Shown here: piece by piece, positions 37,501 through 46,400 of the stretch
Layout: the number at the start of each line of letters is the position of its first letter
How positions within the stretch are numbered: the first letter of the stretch is position 1
Program-made: the position numbers and the translations under genes
Notes under the pieces: generated by a model
Told to the model about the DNA's origin: nothing
Seen by the model: only the letters and a program-made list of their open reading frames with translations
Database searches by the model: none
Assembly: GCA_964016885.1 (NCBI GenBank)
Contig: CAXHJY010000082.1
Location: 146,783 to 210,782 of the forward strand
From: Eledone cirrhosa
Lineage: Eukaryota
Direction of reading: 5' to 3'
DNA length: 64,000 nt

Positions 37501-40500
37501 TGATGACTATGGTTATGATGACTATGGTGATGATGACTATGGTGATGATGACTATGGTGATGATGACTATGGTGATGATGACTATGGTGATGATGACTAT
37601 TGTGATGATGACTCTGGTGATGATGACTATGGTTATGATGACTATGGTGATGATGACTCTGACGATGATGACTATGGTGATGATGACTCTGGTGATGATG
37701 ACTCTGACGATGATGACTATGGTGATGATGACTCTGACGATGATGACTATGGTGATGATGACTATGGTGATGATGACTATGGTGATGATGACTATGGTGA
37801 TGATGACTATGGTGATGATGACTCTGGTGATGATGACTATGGTGATGATGACTATGGTGATGATGACTATGGTGATGATGACTCTGACGATGATGACTCT
37901 GGTGATGATGACTATGGTGATGATGACTCTGGTGATGATGACTATGGTGATGATGACTCTGACGATGATGACTCTGGTGATGATGACTATGGTGATGATG
38001 ACTATGGTGATGATGACTATGGTGATGATGACTATGGTGATGATGACTATGGTGATGATGATTCTGACGATGATGACTATGGTGATGATAACTATGGTGA
38101 TGATGACTATGGTGATGATGACTCTGGTGATGATGACCCTGGTGATGATGACTCTGGTGATGATGACTCTGGTGATGATGACTATGGTGATGATGACTAT
38201 GGTGATGATGACTATGGTGATGATGACTCTGGTGATGATGACTATGGTGATGATGATTCTGAAGATGATGACTATTGTGATGATGACTATGGTGATGATG
38301 ACTATGGTGATGATGACTATGGTGATGATGATTCTGACGATGATGACTATGGTGATGATGACTATGGTGATGATGACTATGGTGATGCTGACTCTGGTGA
38401 TGATGACTATGGTGATGATGCCTCTGGTGATGATGACTCTGGTGATGATGACTATGGTGATGATGACTATGGTGATGATGACTATGGTGATGATGACTAT
38501 GGTGATGATGACTATGGTGATGATGACTCTGACGATGATGACTATGGTGATGATGACTATGGTGATGATGACTATGGTGATGATGACTCTGACGATGATG
38601 ACTATGGTGATGATGACTATGGTGATCATGACTATGGTGATGATGACTATGGTGATGATGACTATGGTGATGATAACTATGGTGATGATGACTATGGTGA
38701 TGATGACTCTGACGATGATGACTATGGTGATGATGAATATGGTGATGATGACTCTGGTGATGATGACTCTGACGATGATGACTATGGTGATGATGACTAT
38801 GGTGATGATGACTATGGTGATGATGACTCTGACGATGATGACTATGGTGATGATGACTATGGTGATGATGACTATGGTGATGATGACTATTGTGATGATG
38901 ACTCTGGTGATGATGACTATGGTTATGATGACTATGGTGATGATGACTCTGACGACGATGACTATGGTGATGATGACTCTGGTGATGATGACTCTGACGA
39001 TGATGACTATGGTGATGATGACTCTGACGATGATGACTATGGTGATGATGACTATGGTGATGATGACTATGGTGATGATGACTATGGTGATGATGACTAT
39101 GGTGATGATGACTCTGGTGATGATGACTATGGTGATAATGACTATGGTGATGATGACTCTGGTGATGATGACTATGGTGATGATGACTCTGGTGATGATG
39201 ACTATGGTGATGATGACTCTGGTGATGATGACTATGGTGATGATGACTCTGACGATGATGACTCTGGTGATGATGACTATGGTGATGATGACTATGCTGA
39301 TGATGACTATGGTGATGATGACTATGGTGATGATGACTCTGGTGATGATGACTATGGTGATGATGACTATGGTGATGATGACTCTGGTGATGATGATTCT
39401 GACGATGATGACTATGGTGATGACGACTATGGTGATGATGACTATGGTGATGATGACTCTGGTGATGATGACTATGGTGATGATGACTCTGGTGATGATG
39501 ACTCTGGTGATGATGACTATGGTGATGATGACTATGGTGATGATGACTATGGTGATGATGACTATGGTGATGATGACTATGGTGATGATGACTCTGACGA
39601 TGATGACTATGGTGATGATGACTATGGTGATGATGACTATGGTGATGATGACTATGGTGATGATGACTCTGACGATGATGACTATGGTGATGATGACTAT
39701 GGTGATGATGACTATGGTGATGATGACTCTGGTGATGATGACTATAGTGATGATGACTCTGACGATGATGACTATGGTGATGATGACTATGGTGATGATG
39801 ACTCTGGTGATGATGACTCTGGTGATGATGACTCTGACGATGATGACTATGGTGATGATGACTATGGTGATGATGACTCTGACGATGATGACTATGGTGA
39901 TGATGACTATGGTGATGATGACTCTGGTGATGATGACTCTGGTGATGATGACTCTGGTGATGATGACTCTGACGATGATGACTATGGTGATGATGACTCT
40001 GACGATGATGACTATGGTGATGATGACTTTGACGATGATGACTCTGGTGATGATGACTATGGTGATGATGACTATGGTGATGATGACTATGGTGATCATG
40101 ACTATGGTGATGATGACTATGGTGATGATGACTATGGTGATGATGACTATGGTGATGATGACTCTGGTGATGATGACTATGGTGATGATGACTATGGTGA
40201 TGATGACTATGGTAATGATGACTATGGTGATGATGACTATGGTGATGATGACTATGGTGATGATGACTCTGGTGATGATGACTCTGGTGATGATGACTAT
40301 GGTTATGATGACTATGGTGATGATGACTCTGACGATGATGACTATGGTGATGATGACTATGGTGATGATGACTATGGTGATGATGACTATGGTGATGATG
40401 ACTATTGTGATGATGACTCTGGTGATGATGACTATGGTTATGATGACTATGGTGATGATGACTATGGTGATGATGACTATGGTGATGATGACTATGGTGA

Positions 40501-43408
40501 TGATGACTATGGTGATGATGACTATTGTGATGATGACTCTGGTGATGATGACTATGGTTATGATGACTATGGTGATGATGACTCTGACGATGATGACTAT
40601 GGTGATGATGACTCTGGTGATGATGACTCTGACGATGATGACTATGGTGATGATGACTCTGACGATGATGACTATGGTGATGATGACTATGGTGATGATG
40701 ACTATGGTGATGATGACTATGGTGATGATGACTATGGTGATGATGACTCTGGTGATGATGACTATGGTGATGATGACTATGGTGATGATGACTATGGTGA
40801 TGATGACTATGGTGATGATGACTCTGGTGATGATGACTATGGTGATGATGACTCTGGTGATGATGACTATGGTGATGATGACGCTGACGATGATGACTCT
40901 GGTGATGATGACTATGGTGATGATGACTATGCTGATGATGACTATGGTGATGATGACTATGGTGATGATGACTCTGGTGATGATGACTATGGTGATGATG
41001 ACTATGGTGATGATGACTCTGGTGATGATGATTCTGACGATGATGACTATGGTGATGACGACTATGGTGATGATGACTATGGTGATGATGACTCTGGTGA
41101 TGATGACTATGGTGATGAAGACTCTGGTGATGATGACTCTGGTGATGATGACTATGGTGATGATGACTATGGTGATGATGACTCTGGTGATGATGACTCT
41201 GGTGATGATGACTATGGTGATGATGACTATGGTGATGATGACTATGGTGATGATGACTATGGTGATGATGACTATGGTGATGATGACTCTGACGATGATG
41301 ACTATGGTGATGATGACTATGGTGATGATGACTATGGTGATGATGACTATGGTGATGATGACTCTGACGATGATGACTATGGTGATGATGACTATGGTGA
41401 TGATGACTATGGTGATGATGACTCTGGTGATGATGACTATAGTGATGATGACTCTGACGATGATGACTATGGTGATGATGACTATGGTGATGATGACTCT
41501 GGTGATGATGACTCTGGTGATGATGACTCTGACGATGATGACTATGGTGATGATGACTATGGTGATGATGACTCTGACGATGATGACTATGGTGATGATG
41601 ACTATGGTGATGATGACTCTGGTGATGATGACTCTGGTGATGATGACTCTGGTGATGATGACTCTGACGATGATGACTATGGTGATGATGACTCTGACGA
41701 TGATGACTATGGTGATGATGACTTTGACGATGATGACTCTGGTGATGATGACTATGGTGATGATGACTATGGTGATGATGACTATGGTGATCATGACTAT
41801 GGTGATGATGACTATGGTGATGATGACTATGGTGATGATGACTATGGTGATGATGACTCTGGTGATGATGACTATGGTGATGATGACTATGGTGATGATG
41901 ACTATGGTAATGATGACTATGGTGATGATGACTATGGTGATGATGACTATGGTGATGATGACTATGGTGATGATGACTATTGTGATGATGACTCTGGTGA
42001 TGATGACTATGGTTATGATGACTATGGTGATGATGACTCTGACGATGATGACTATGGTGATGATGACTATGGTGATGATGACTATGGTGATGATGACTAT
42101 GGTGATGATGACTATTGTGATGATGACTCTGGTGATGATGACTATGGTTATGATGACTATGGTGATGATGACTATGGTGATGATGACTATGGTGATGATG
42201 ACTATGGTGATGATGACTATGGTGATGATGACTATTGTGATGATGACTCTGGTGATGATGACTATGGTTATGATGACTATGGTGATGATGACTCTGACGA
42301 TGATGACTATGGTGATGATGACTCTGGTGATGATGACTCTGACGATGATGACTATGGTGATGATGACTCTGACGATGATGACTATGGTGATGATGACTAT
42401 GGTGATGATGACTATGGTGATGATGACTATGGTGATGATGACTATGGTGATGATGACTCTGGTGATGATGACTATGGTGATGATGACTATGGTGATGATG
42501 ACTATGGTGATGATGACTATGGTGATGATGACTATGGTGATGAAGACTATGGTGATGATGACTCTGGTGATGATGACTCTGGTGATGATGACTATGGTGA
42601 TGATGACTCTGACGATGATGACTCTGGTGATGATGACTATGGTGATGATGACTATGCTGATGATGACTACGGTGATGATGACTCTGGCGATGATGACTAT
42701 GGTGATGATGACTCTGGTGATGATGACTCTGGTGATGATGACTATGGTGATGATGACTCTGGTGATGATGCCTCTGGTGATGATGACTCTGGTGATGATG
42801 ACTCTGACGATGATGACTATGGTGATGATGACTCTAGTGATGATGACTATGGTGATGATGACTATGGTGATGATGACTATGGTGATGATGACTATGGTGA
42901 TGATGACTATGGTGATGATGACTATGGTGATGATGACTATGGTGATGATGACTCAGGTGATAATGACTATGGTGATGATGACTATGGTGATGATGACTCT
43001 GACGATGATGACTCTGGTGATGATGACTCTGGTGATGATGACTATGGTGATGATGACTCTGGTGATGATGACTATGGTGATGATGACTCTGGTGATGATG
43101 ACTCTGGTGATGATGACTATGGTGATGATGACTATGGTGATGATGACTCTGGTGATGATGACTCTGACGATGATGACTATGGTGATGATGACTATGGTGA
43201 TGATGACTATGGTGATGATTACTATGGTGATGATGACTATGGTGATGATGACTATGGTGATGATGACTATGGTGATGATGACTATGGTGATGATGACTCT
43301 GGTGATGATGACTATGGTGATGATGACTCTGGTGATGATGACTATGGTGATGATGACTATGGTGATGATGACTATGGTGATGATGACTCTGACGATGATG
43401 ACTGGTGA
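25586..43408 (+). CDS. Asp-rich reading block 3, (GDDDY/S)n, 5,940 codons, ending SDDDDW-stop; possibly pseudogenic or non-coding
   Basis: C-terminal part of track ORF 18524..43408, bounded by the deletions at 25585 and 43403. Confidence 0.2.
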   Translation, partial: GDDDYGDDDSGDDDYGDDDSDDDDSGDDDYGDDDSDDDDSGDDDYGDDDYGDDDYGDDDYGDDDYGDDDSDDDDYGEDNYGDDDYGDDDSGDDDPGDDDSGDDDSGDDDYGDDDYGDDDYGDDDSGDDDYGDDDSEDDDYCDDDYGDDDYGDDDYGDDDSDDDDYGDDDYGDDDYGDADSGDDDYGDDASGDDDSGDDDYGDDDYGDDDYGDDDYGDDDYGDDDYGDDDYGDDDYGDDDYGDDDSDDDDYGDDDYGDDDYGDDDYGDDDYGDDNYGDDDYGDDDSDDDDYGDDEYGDDDSGDDDSDDDDYGDDDYGDDDYGDDDSHDDDYGDDDSDDDDYGDDDYGDDDSGDDDYGDDASGDDDSGDDDYGDDDYGDDDSGDDDSDDDDYGDDDYGDDDYGDDDYGDDDYGDDDYGDDDSGDDDYGDDDYGDDDYGDDDSDDDDSGDDDYGDDDSGDDDYGDDDSDDDDSGDDDYGDDDYGDDDYGDDDYGDDDYGDDDSDDDDYGDDNYGDDDYGDDDSGDDDPGDDDSGDDDSGDDDYGDDDYGDDDYGDDDSGDDDYGDDDSEDDDYCDDDYGDDDYGDDDYGDDDSDDDDYGDDDYGDDDYGDADSGDDDYGDDASGDDDSGDDDYGDDDYGDDDYGDDDYGDDDYGDDDSDDDDYGDDDYGDDDYGDDDYGDDDSDDDDYGDDDYGDHDYGDDDYGDDDYGDDNYGDDDYGDDDSDDDDYGDDEYGDDDSGDDDSDDDDYGDDDYGDDDYGDDDSDDDDYGDDDYGDDDYGDDDYCDDDSGDDDYGYDDYGDDDSDDDDYGDDDSGDDDSDDDDYGDDDSDDDDYGDDDYGDDDYGDDDYGDDDYGDDDSGDDDYGDNDYGDDDSGDDDYGDDDSGDDDYGDDDSGDDDYGDDDSDDDDSGDDDYGDDDYADDDYGDDDYGDDDSGDDDYGDDDYGDDDSGDDDSDDDDYGDDDYGDDDYGDDDSGDDDYGDDDSGDDDSGDDDYGDDDYGDDDYGDDDYGDDDYGDDDSDDDDYGDDDYGDDDYGDDDYGDDDSDDDDYGDDDYGDDDYGDDDSGDDDYSDDDSDDDDYGDDDYGDDDSGDDDSGDDDSDDDDYGDDDYGDDDSDDDDYGDDDYGDDDSGDDDSGDDDSGDDDSGDDDSDDDDYGDDDSDDDDYGDDDFDDDDSGDDDYGDDDYGDDDYGDHDYGDDDYGDDDYGDDDYGDDDSGDDDYGDDDYGDDDYGNDDYGDDDYGDDDYGDDDYGDDDYCDDDSGDDDYGDDDYGDDDSDDDDYGDDDYGDDDYGDDDYGDDDYCDDDSGDDDYGYDDYGDDDYGDDDYGDDDYGDDDYGDDDYCDDDSGDDDYGYDDYGDDDSDDDDYGDDDSGDDDSDDDDYGDDDSDDDDYGDDDYGDDDYGDDDYGDDDYGDDDSGDDDYGDDDYGDDDYGDDDYGDDDSGDDDYGDDDSGDDDYGDDDADDDDSGDDDYGDDDYADDDYGDDDYGDDDSGDDDYGDDDYGDDDSGDDDSDDDDYGDNDYGDDDYGDDDSGDDDYGDEDSGDDDSGDDDYGDDDYGDDDSGDDDSGDDDYGDDDYGDDDSGDDDSGDDDYGDDDYGDDDYGDDDSGDDDYGDDDSEDDDYCDDDYGDDDYGDDDYGDDDSDDDDYGDDDYGDDDYGDADSGDDDYGDDASGDDDSGDDDYGDDDYGDDDYGDDDYGDDDYGDDDYGDDDYGDDDYGDDDYGDDDSDDDDYGDDDYGDDDYGDDDYGDDDYGDDNYGDDDYGDDDSDDDDYGDDEYGDDDSGDDDSDDDDYGDDDYGDDDYGDDDSHDDDYGDDDSDDDDYGDDDYGDDDSGDDDYGDDASGDDDSGDDDYGDDDYGDDDSGDDDSDDDDYGDDDYGDDDYGDDDYGDDDYGDDDYGDDDSGDDDYGDDDYGDDDYGDDDSDDDDSGDDDYGDDDSGDDDYGDDDSDDDDSGDDDYGDDDYGDDDYGDDDYGDDDYGDDDSDDDDYGDDNYGDDDYGDDDSGDDDPGDDDSGDDDSGDDDYGDDDYGDDDYGDDDSGDDDYGDDDSEDDDYCDDDYGDDDYGDDDYGDDDSDDDDYGDDDYGDDDYGDADSGDDDYGDDASGDDDSGDDDYGDDDYGDDDYGDDDYGDDDYGDDDSDDDDYGDDDYGDDDYGDDDSDDDDYGDDDYGDHDYGDDDYGDDDYGDDNYGDDDYGDDDSDDDDYGDDEYGDDDSGDDDSDDDDYGDDDYGDDDYGDDDSDDDDYGDDDYGDDDYGDDDYCDDDSGDDDYGYDDYGDDDSDDDDYGDDDSGDDDSDDDDYGDDDSDDDDYGDDDYGDDDYGDDDYGDDDYGDDDSGDDDYGDNDYGDDDSGDDDYGDDDSGDDDYGDDDSGDDDYGDDDSDDDDSGDDDYGDDDYADDDYGDDDYGDDDSGDDDYGDDDYGDDDSGDDDSDDDDYGDDDYGDDDYGDDDSGDDDYGDDDYGDDDYGDDDYGDDDYGDDDYGDDDSDDDDYGDDDYGDDDYGDDDYGDDDSDDDDYGDDDYGDDDYGDDDSGDDDYSDDDSDDDDYGDDDYGDDDSGDDDSGDDDSDDDDYGDDDYGDDDSDDDDYGDDDYGDDDSGDDDSGDDDSGDDDYGDDDYGDDDYGDDDSGDDDYGDDDYGDDDYGDDDYGDDDSGDDDYGDDDSGDDDYGDDDADDDDSGDDDYGDDDYADDDYGDDDYGDDDSGDDDYGDDDYGDDDSGDDDSDDDDYGDDDYGDDDYGDDDSGDDDYGDEDSGDDDSGDDDYGDDDYGDDDSGDDDSGDDDYGDDDYGDDDSGDDDSGDDDYGDDDYGDDDYGDDDSGDDDYGDDDSEDDDYCDDDYGDDDYGDDDYGDDDSDDDDYGDDDYGDDDYGDADSGDDDYGDDASGDDDSGDDDYGDDDYGDDDYGDDDYGDDDYGDDDYGDDDYGDDDYGDDDYGDDDSDDDDYGDDDYGDDDYGDDDYGDDDYGDDNYGDDDYGDDDSDDDDYGDDEYGDDDSGDDDSDDDDYGDDDYGDDDYGDDDSHDDDYGDDDSDDDDYGDDDYGDDDSGDDDYGDDASGDDDSGDDDYGDDDYGDDDSGDDDSDDDDSDDDDYGDDDYGDDDYGDDDYGDDDYGDDDYGDDDSGDDDYGDDDYGDDDYGDDDSDDDDSGDDDYGDDDSGDDDYGDDDSDDDDSGDDDYGDDDYGDDDYGDDDYGDDDYGDDDSDDDDYGDDNYGDDDYGDDDSGDDDPGDDDYGDDDSGDDDYGDDDYGDDDYGDDDSGDDDYGDDDSEDDDYCDDDYGDDDYGDDDYGDDDSDDDDYGDDDYGDDDYGDADSGDDDYGDDASGDDDSGDDDYGDDDYGDDDYGDDDYGDDDYGDDDSDDDDYGDDDYGDDDYGDDDSDDDDYGDDDYGDHDYGDDDYGDDDYGDDNYGDDDYGDDDSDDDDYGDDEYGDDDSGDDDSDDDDYGDDDYGDDDYGDDDSDDDDYGDDDYGDDDYGDDDYCDDDSGDDDYGYDDYGDDDSDDDDYGDDDSGDDDSDDDDYGDDDSDDDDYGDDDYGDDDYGDDDYGDDDYGDDDSGDDDYGDNDYGDDDSGDDDYGDDDSGDDDYGDDDSGDDDYGDDDSDDDDSGDDDYGDDDYADDDYGDDDYGDDDSGDDDYGDDDYGDDDSGDDDSDDDDYGDDDYGDDDYGDDDSGDDDYGDDDSGDDDSGDDDYGDDDYGDDDYGDDDYGDDDYGDDDSDDDDYGDDDYGDDDYGDDDYGDDDSDDDDYGDDDYGDDDYGDDDSGDDDYSDDDSDDDDYGDDDYGDDDSGDDDSGDDDSDDDDYGDDDYGDDDSDDDDYGDDDYGDDDSGDDDSGDDDSGDDDSDDDDYGDDDSDDDDYGDDDFDDDDSGDDDYGDDDYGDDDYGDHDYGDDDYGDDDYGDDDYGDDDSGDDDYGDDDYGDDDYGNDDYGDDDYGDDDYGDDDYGDDDYCDDDSGDDDYGDDDSDDDDYGDDDYGDDDYGDDDYGDDDYCDDDSGDDDYGYDDYGDDDYGDDDYGDDDYGDDDYGDDDYCDDDSGDDDYGYDDYGDDDSDDDDYGDDDSGDDDSDDDDYGDDDSDDDDYGDDDYGDDDYGDDDYGDDDYGDDDSGDDDYGDDDYGDDDYGDDDSDDDDSGDDDYGDDDSGDDDYGDDDSDDDDSGDDDYGDDDYGDDDYGDDDYGDDDYGDDDSDDDDYGDDNYGDDDYGDDDSGDDDPGDDDSGDDDSGDDDYGDDDYGDDDYGDDDSGDDDYGDDDSEDDDYCDDDYGDDDYGDDDYGDDDSDDDDYGDDDYGDDDYGDADSGDDDYGDDASGDDDSGDDDYGDDDYGDDDYGDDDYGDDDYGDDDSDDDDYGDDDYGDDDYGDDDSDDDDYGDDDYGDHDYGDDDYGDDDYGDDNYGDDDYGDDDSDDDDYGDDEYGDDDSGDDDSDDDDYGDDDYGDDDYGDDDSDDDDYGDDDYGDDDYGDDDYCDDDSGDDDYGYDDYGDDDSDDDDYGDDDSGDDDSDDDDYGDDDSDDDDYGDDDYGDDDYGDDDYGDDDYGDDDSGDDDYGDNDYGDDDSGDDDYGDDDSGDDDYGDDDSGDDDYGDDDSDDDDSGDDDYGDDDYADDDYGDDDYGDDDSGDDDYGDDDYGDDDSGDDDSDDDDYGDDDYGDDDYGDDDSGDDDYGDDDSGDDDSGDDDYGDDDYGDDDYGDDDYGDDDYGDDDSDDDDYGDDDYGDDDYGDDDYGDDDSDDDDYGDDDYGDDDYGDDDSGDDDYSDDDSDDDDYGDDDYGDDDSGDDDSGDDDSDDDDYGDDDYGDDDSDDDDYGDDDYGDDDSGDDDSGDDDSGDDDSDDDDYGDDDSDDDDYGDDDFDDDDSGDDDYGDDDYGDDDYGDHDYGDDDYGDDDYGDDDYGDDDSGDDDYGDDDYGDDDYGNDDYGDDDYGDDDYGDDDSGDDDSGDDDYGYDDYGDDDSDDDDYGDDDYGDDDYGDDDYGDDDYCDDDSGDDDYGYDDYGDDDYGDDDYGDDDYGDDDYGDDDYCDDDSGDDDYGYDDYGDDDSDDDDYGDDDSGDDDSDDDDYGDDDSDDDDYGDDDYGDDDYGDDDYGDDDYGDDDSGDDDYGDDDYGDDDYGDDDYGDDDSGDDDYGDDDSGDDDYGDDDADDDDSGDDDYGDDDYADDDYGDDDYGDDDSGDDDYGDDDYGDDDSGDDDSDDDDYGDDDYGDDDYGDDDSGDDDYGDEDSGDDDSGDDDYGDDDYGDDDSGDDDSGDDDYGDDDYGDDDYGDDDYGDDDYGDDDSDDDDYGDDDYGDDDYGDDDYGDDDSDDDDYGDDDYGDDDYGDDDSGDDDYSDDDSDDDDYGDDDYGDDDSGDDDSGDDDSDDDDYGDDDYGDDDSDDDDYGDDDYGDDDSGDDDSGDDDSGDDDSDDDDYGDDDSDDDDYGDDDFDDDDSGDDDYGDDDYGDDDYGDHDYGDDDYGDDDYGDDDYGDDDSGDDDYGDDDYGDDDYGNDDYGDDDYGDDDYGDDDYGDDDYCDDDSGDDDYGYDDYGDDDSDDDDYGDDDYGDDDYGDDDYGDDDYCDDDSGDDDYGYDDYGDDDYGDDDYGDDDYGDDDYGDDDYCDDDSGDDDYGYDDYGDDDSDDDDYGDDDSGDDDSDDDDYGDDDSDDDDYGDDDYGDDDYGDDDYGDDDYGDDDSGDDDYGDDDYGDDDYGDDDYGDDDYGDEDYGDDDSGDDDSGDDDYGDDDSDDDDSGDDDYGDDDYADDDYGDDDSGDDDYGDDDSGDDDSGDDDYGDDDSGDDASGDDDSGDDDSDDDDYGDDDSSDDDYGDDDYGDDDYGDDDYGDDDYGDDDYGDDDYGDDDSGDNDYGDDDYGDDDSDDDDSGDDDSGDDDYGDDDSGDDDYGDDDSGDDDSGDDDYGDDDYGDDDSGDDDSDDDDYGDDDYGDDDYGDDYYGDDDYGDDDYGDDDYGDDDYGDDDSGDDDYGDDDSGDDDYGDDDYGDDDYGDDDSDDDDW
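43391..43408 (+). other. 13-bp variant unit (2-bp deletion), frameshift copy 3
   Basis: Sequence gacgatgatgactggtga, with the same flanking variant order as copy 1. Confidence 0.95.
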
Positions 43409-46400
43409 TGATGACTATGGTGATGATGACTCTGGTGATGATGACTATGGTGATGATGACTCTGATGATGATGACTCTGGTGATGATGACTATGGTGATG
43501 ATGACTCTGACGATGATGACTCTGGTGATGATGACTATGGTGATGATGACTATGGTGATGATGACTATGGTGATGATGACTATGGTGATGATGACTATGG
43601 TGATGATGATTCTGACGATGATGACTATGGTGAAGATAACTATGGTGATGATGACTATGGTGATGATGACTCTGGTGATGATGACCCTGGTGATGATGAC
43701 TCTGGTGATGATGACTCTGGTGATGATGACTATGGTGATGATGACTATGGTGATGATGACTATGGTGATGATGACTCTGGTGATGATGACTATGGTGATG
43801 ATGATTCTGAAGATGATGACTATTGTGATGATGACTATGGTGATGATGACTATGGTGATGATGACTATGGTGATGATGATTCTGACGATGATGACTATGG
43901 TGATGATGACTATGGTGATGATGACTATGGTGATGCTGACTCTGGTGATGATGACTATGGTGATGATGCCTCTGGTGATGATGACTCTGGTGATGATGAC
44001 TATGGTGATGATGACTATGGTGATGATGACTATGGTGATGATGACTATGGTGATGATGACTATGGTGATGATGACTATGGTGATGATGACTATGGTGATG
44101 ATGACTATGGTGATGATGACTATGGTGATGATGACTATGGTGATGATGACTCTGACGATGATGACTATGGTGATGATGACTATGGTGATGATGACTATGG
44201 TGATGATGACTATGGTGATGATGACTATGGTGATGATAACTATGGTGATGATGACTATGGTGATGATGACTCTGACGATGATGACTATGGTGATGATGAA
44301 TATGGTGATGATGACTCTGGTGATGATGACTCTGACGATGATGACTATGGTGATGATGACTATGGTGATGATGACTATGGTGATGATGACTCTCACGATG
44401 ATGACTATGGTGATGATGACTCTGACGATGATGACTATGGTGATGATGACTATGGTGATGATGACTCTGGTGATGATGACTATGGTGATGATGCCTCTGG
44501 TGATGATGACTCTGGTGATGATGACTATGGTGATGATGACTATGGTGATGATGACTCTGGTGATGATGACTCTGACGATGATGACTATGGTGATGATGAC
44601 TATGGTGATGATGACTATGGTGATGATGACTATGGTGATGATGACTATGGTGATGATGACTATGGTGATGATGACTCTGGTGATGATGACTATGGTGATG
44701 ATGACTATGGTGATGATGACTATGGTGATGATGACTCTGACGATGATGACTCTGGTGATGATGACTATGGTGATGATGACTCTGGTGATGATGACTATGG
44801 TGATGATGACTCTGACGATGATGACTCTGGTGATGATGACTATGGTGATGATGACTATGGTGATGATGACTATGGTGATGATGACTATGGTGATGATGAC
44901 TATGGTGATGATGATTCTGACGATGATGACTATGGTGATGATAACTATGGTGATGATGACTATGGTGATGATGACTCTGGTGATGATGACCCTGGTGATG
45001 ATGACTCTGGTGATGATGACTCTGGTGATGATGACTATGGTGATGATGACTATGGTGATGATGACTATGGTGATGATGACTCTGGTGATGATGACTATGG
45101 TGATGATGATTCTGAAGATGATGACTATTGTGATGATGACTATGGTGATGATGACTATGGTGATGATGACTATGGTGATGATGATTCTGACGATGATGAC
45201 TATGGTGATGATGACTATGGTGATGATGACTATGGTGATGCTGACTCTGGTGATGATGACTATGGTGATGATGCCTCTGGTGATGATGACTCTGGTGATG
45301 ATGACTATGGTGATGATGACTATGGTGATGATGACTATGGTGATGATGACTATGGTGATGATGACTATGGTGATGATGACTCTGACGATGATGACTATGG
45401 TGATGATGACTATGGTGATGATGACTATGGTGATGATGACTATGGTGATGATGACTCTGACGATGATGACTATGGTGATGATGACTATGGTGATCATGAC
45501 TATGGTGATGATGACTATGGTGATGATGACTATGGTGATGATAACTATGGTGATGATGACTATGGTGATGATGACTCTGACGATGATGACTATGGTGATG
45601 ATGAATATGGTGATGATGACTCTGGTGATGATGACTCTGACGATGATGACTATGGTGATGATGACTATGGTGATGATGACTATGGTGATGATGACTCTGA
45701 CGATGATGACTATGGTGATGATGACTATGGTGATGATGACTATGGTGATGATGACTATTGTGATGATGACTCTGGTGATGATGACTATGGTTATGATGAC
45801 TATGGTGATGATGACTCTGACGACGATGACTATGGTGATGATGACTCTGGTGATGATGACTCTGACGATGATGACTATGGTGATGATGACTCTGACGATG
45901 ATGACTATGGTGATGATGACTATGGTGATGATGACTATGGTGATGATGACTATGGTGATGATGACTATGGTGATGATGACTCTGGTGATGATGACTATGG
46001 TGATAATGACTATGGTGATGATGACTCTGGTGATGATGACTATGGTGATGATGACTCTGGTGATGATGACTATGGTGATGATGACTCTGGTGATGATGAC
46101 TATGGTGATGATGACTCTGACGATGATGACTCTGGTGATGATGACTATGGTGATGATGACTATGCTGATGATGACTATGGTGATGATGACTATGGTGATG
46201 ATGACTCTGGTGATGATGACTATGGTGATGATGACTATGGTGATGATGACTCTGGTGATGATGATTCTGACGATGATGACTATGGTGATGACGACTATGG
46301 TGATGATGACTATGGTGATGATGACTCTGGTGATGATGACTATGGTGATGATGACTCTGGTGATGATGACTCTGGTGATGATGACTATGGTGATGATGAC

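Noticed and set aside
18068-42955. AP-1-like TGACTCA (near 18068, 25146 and 42949) and CRE half-sites TGACG
   Set aside because: These are one-step variants of the repeat, with no promoter context or other support.
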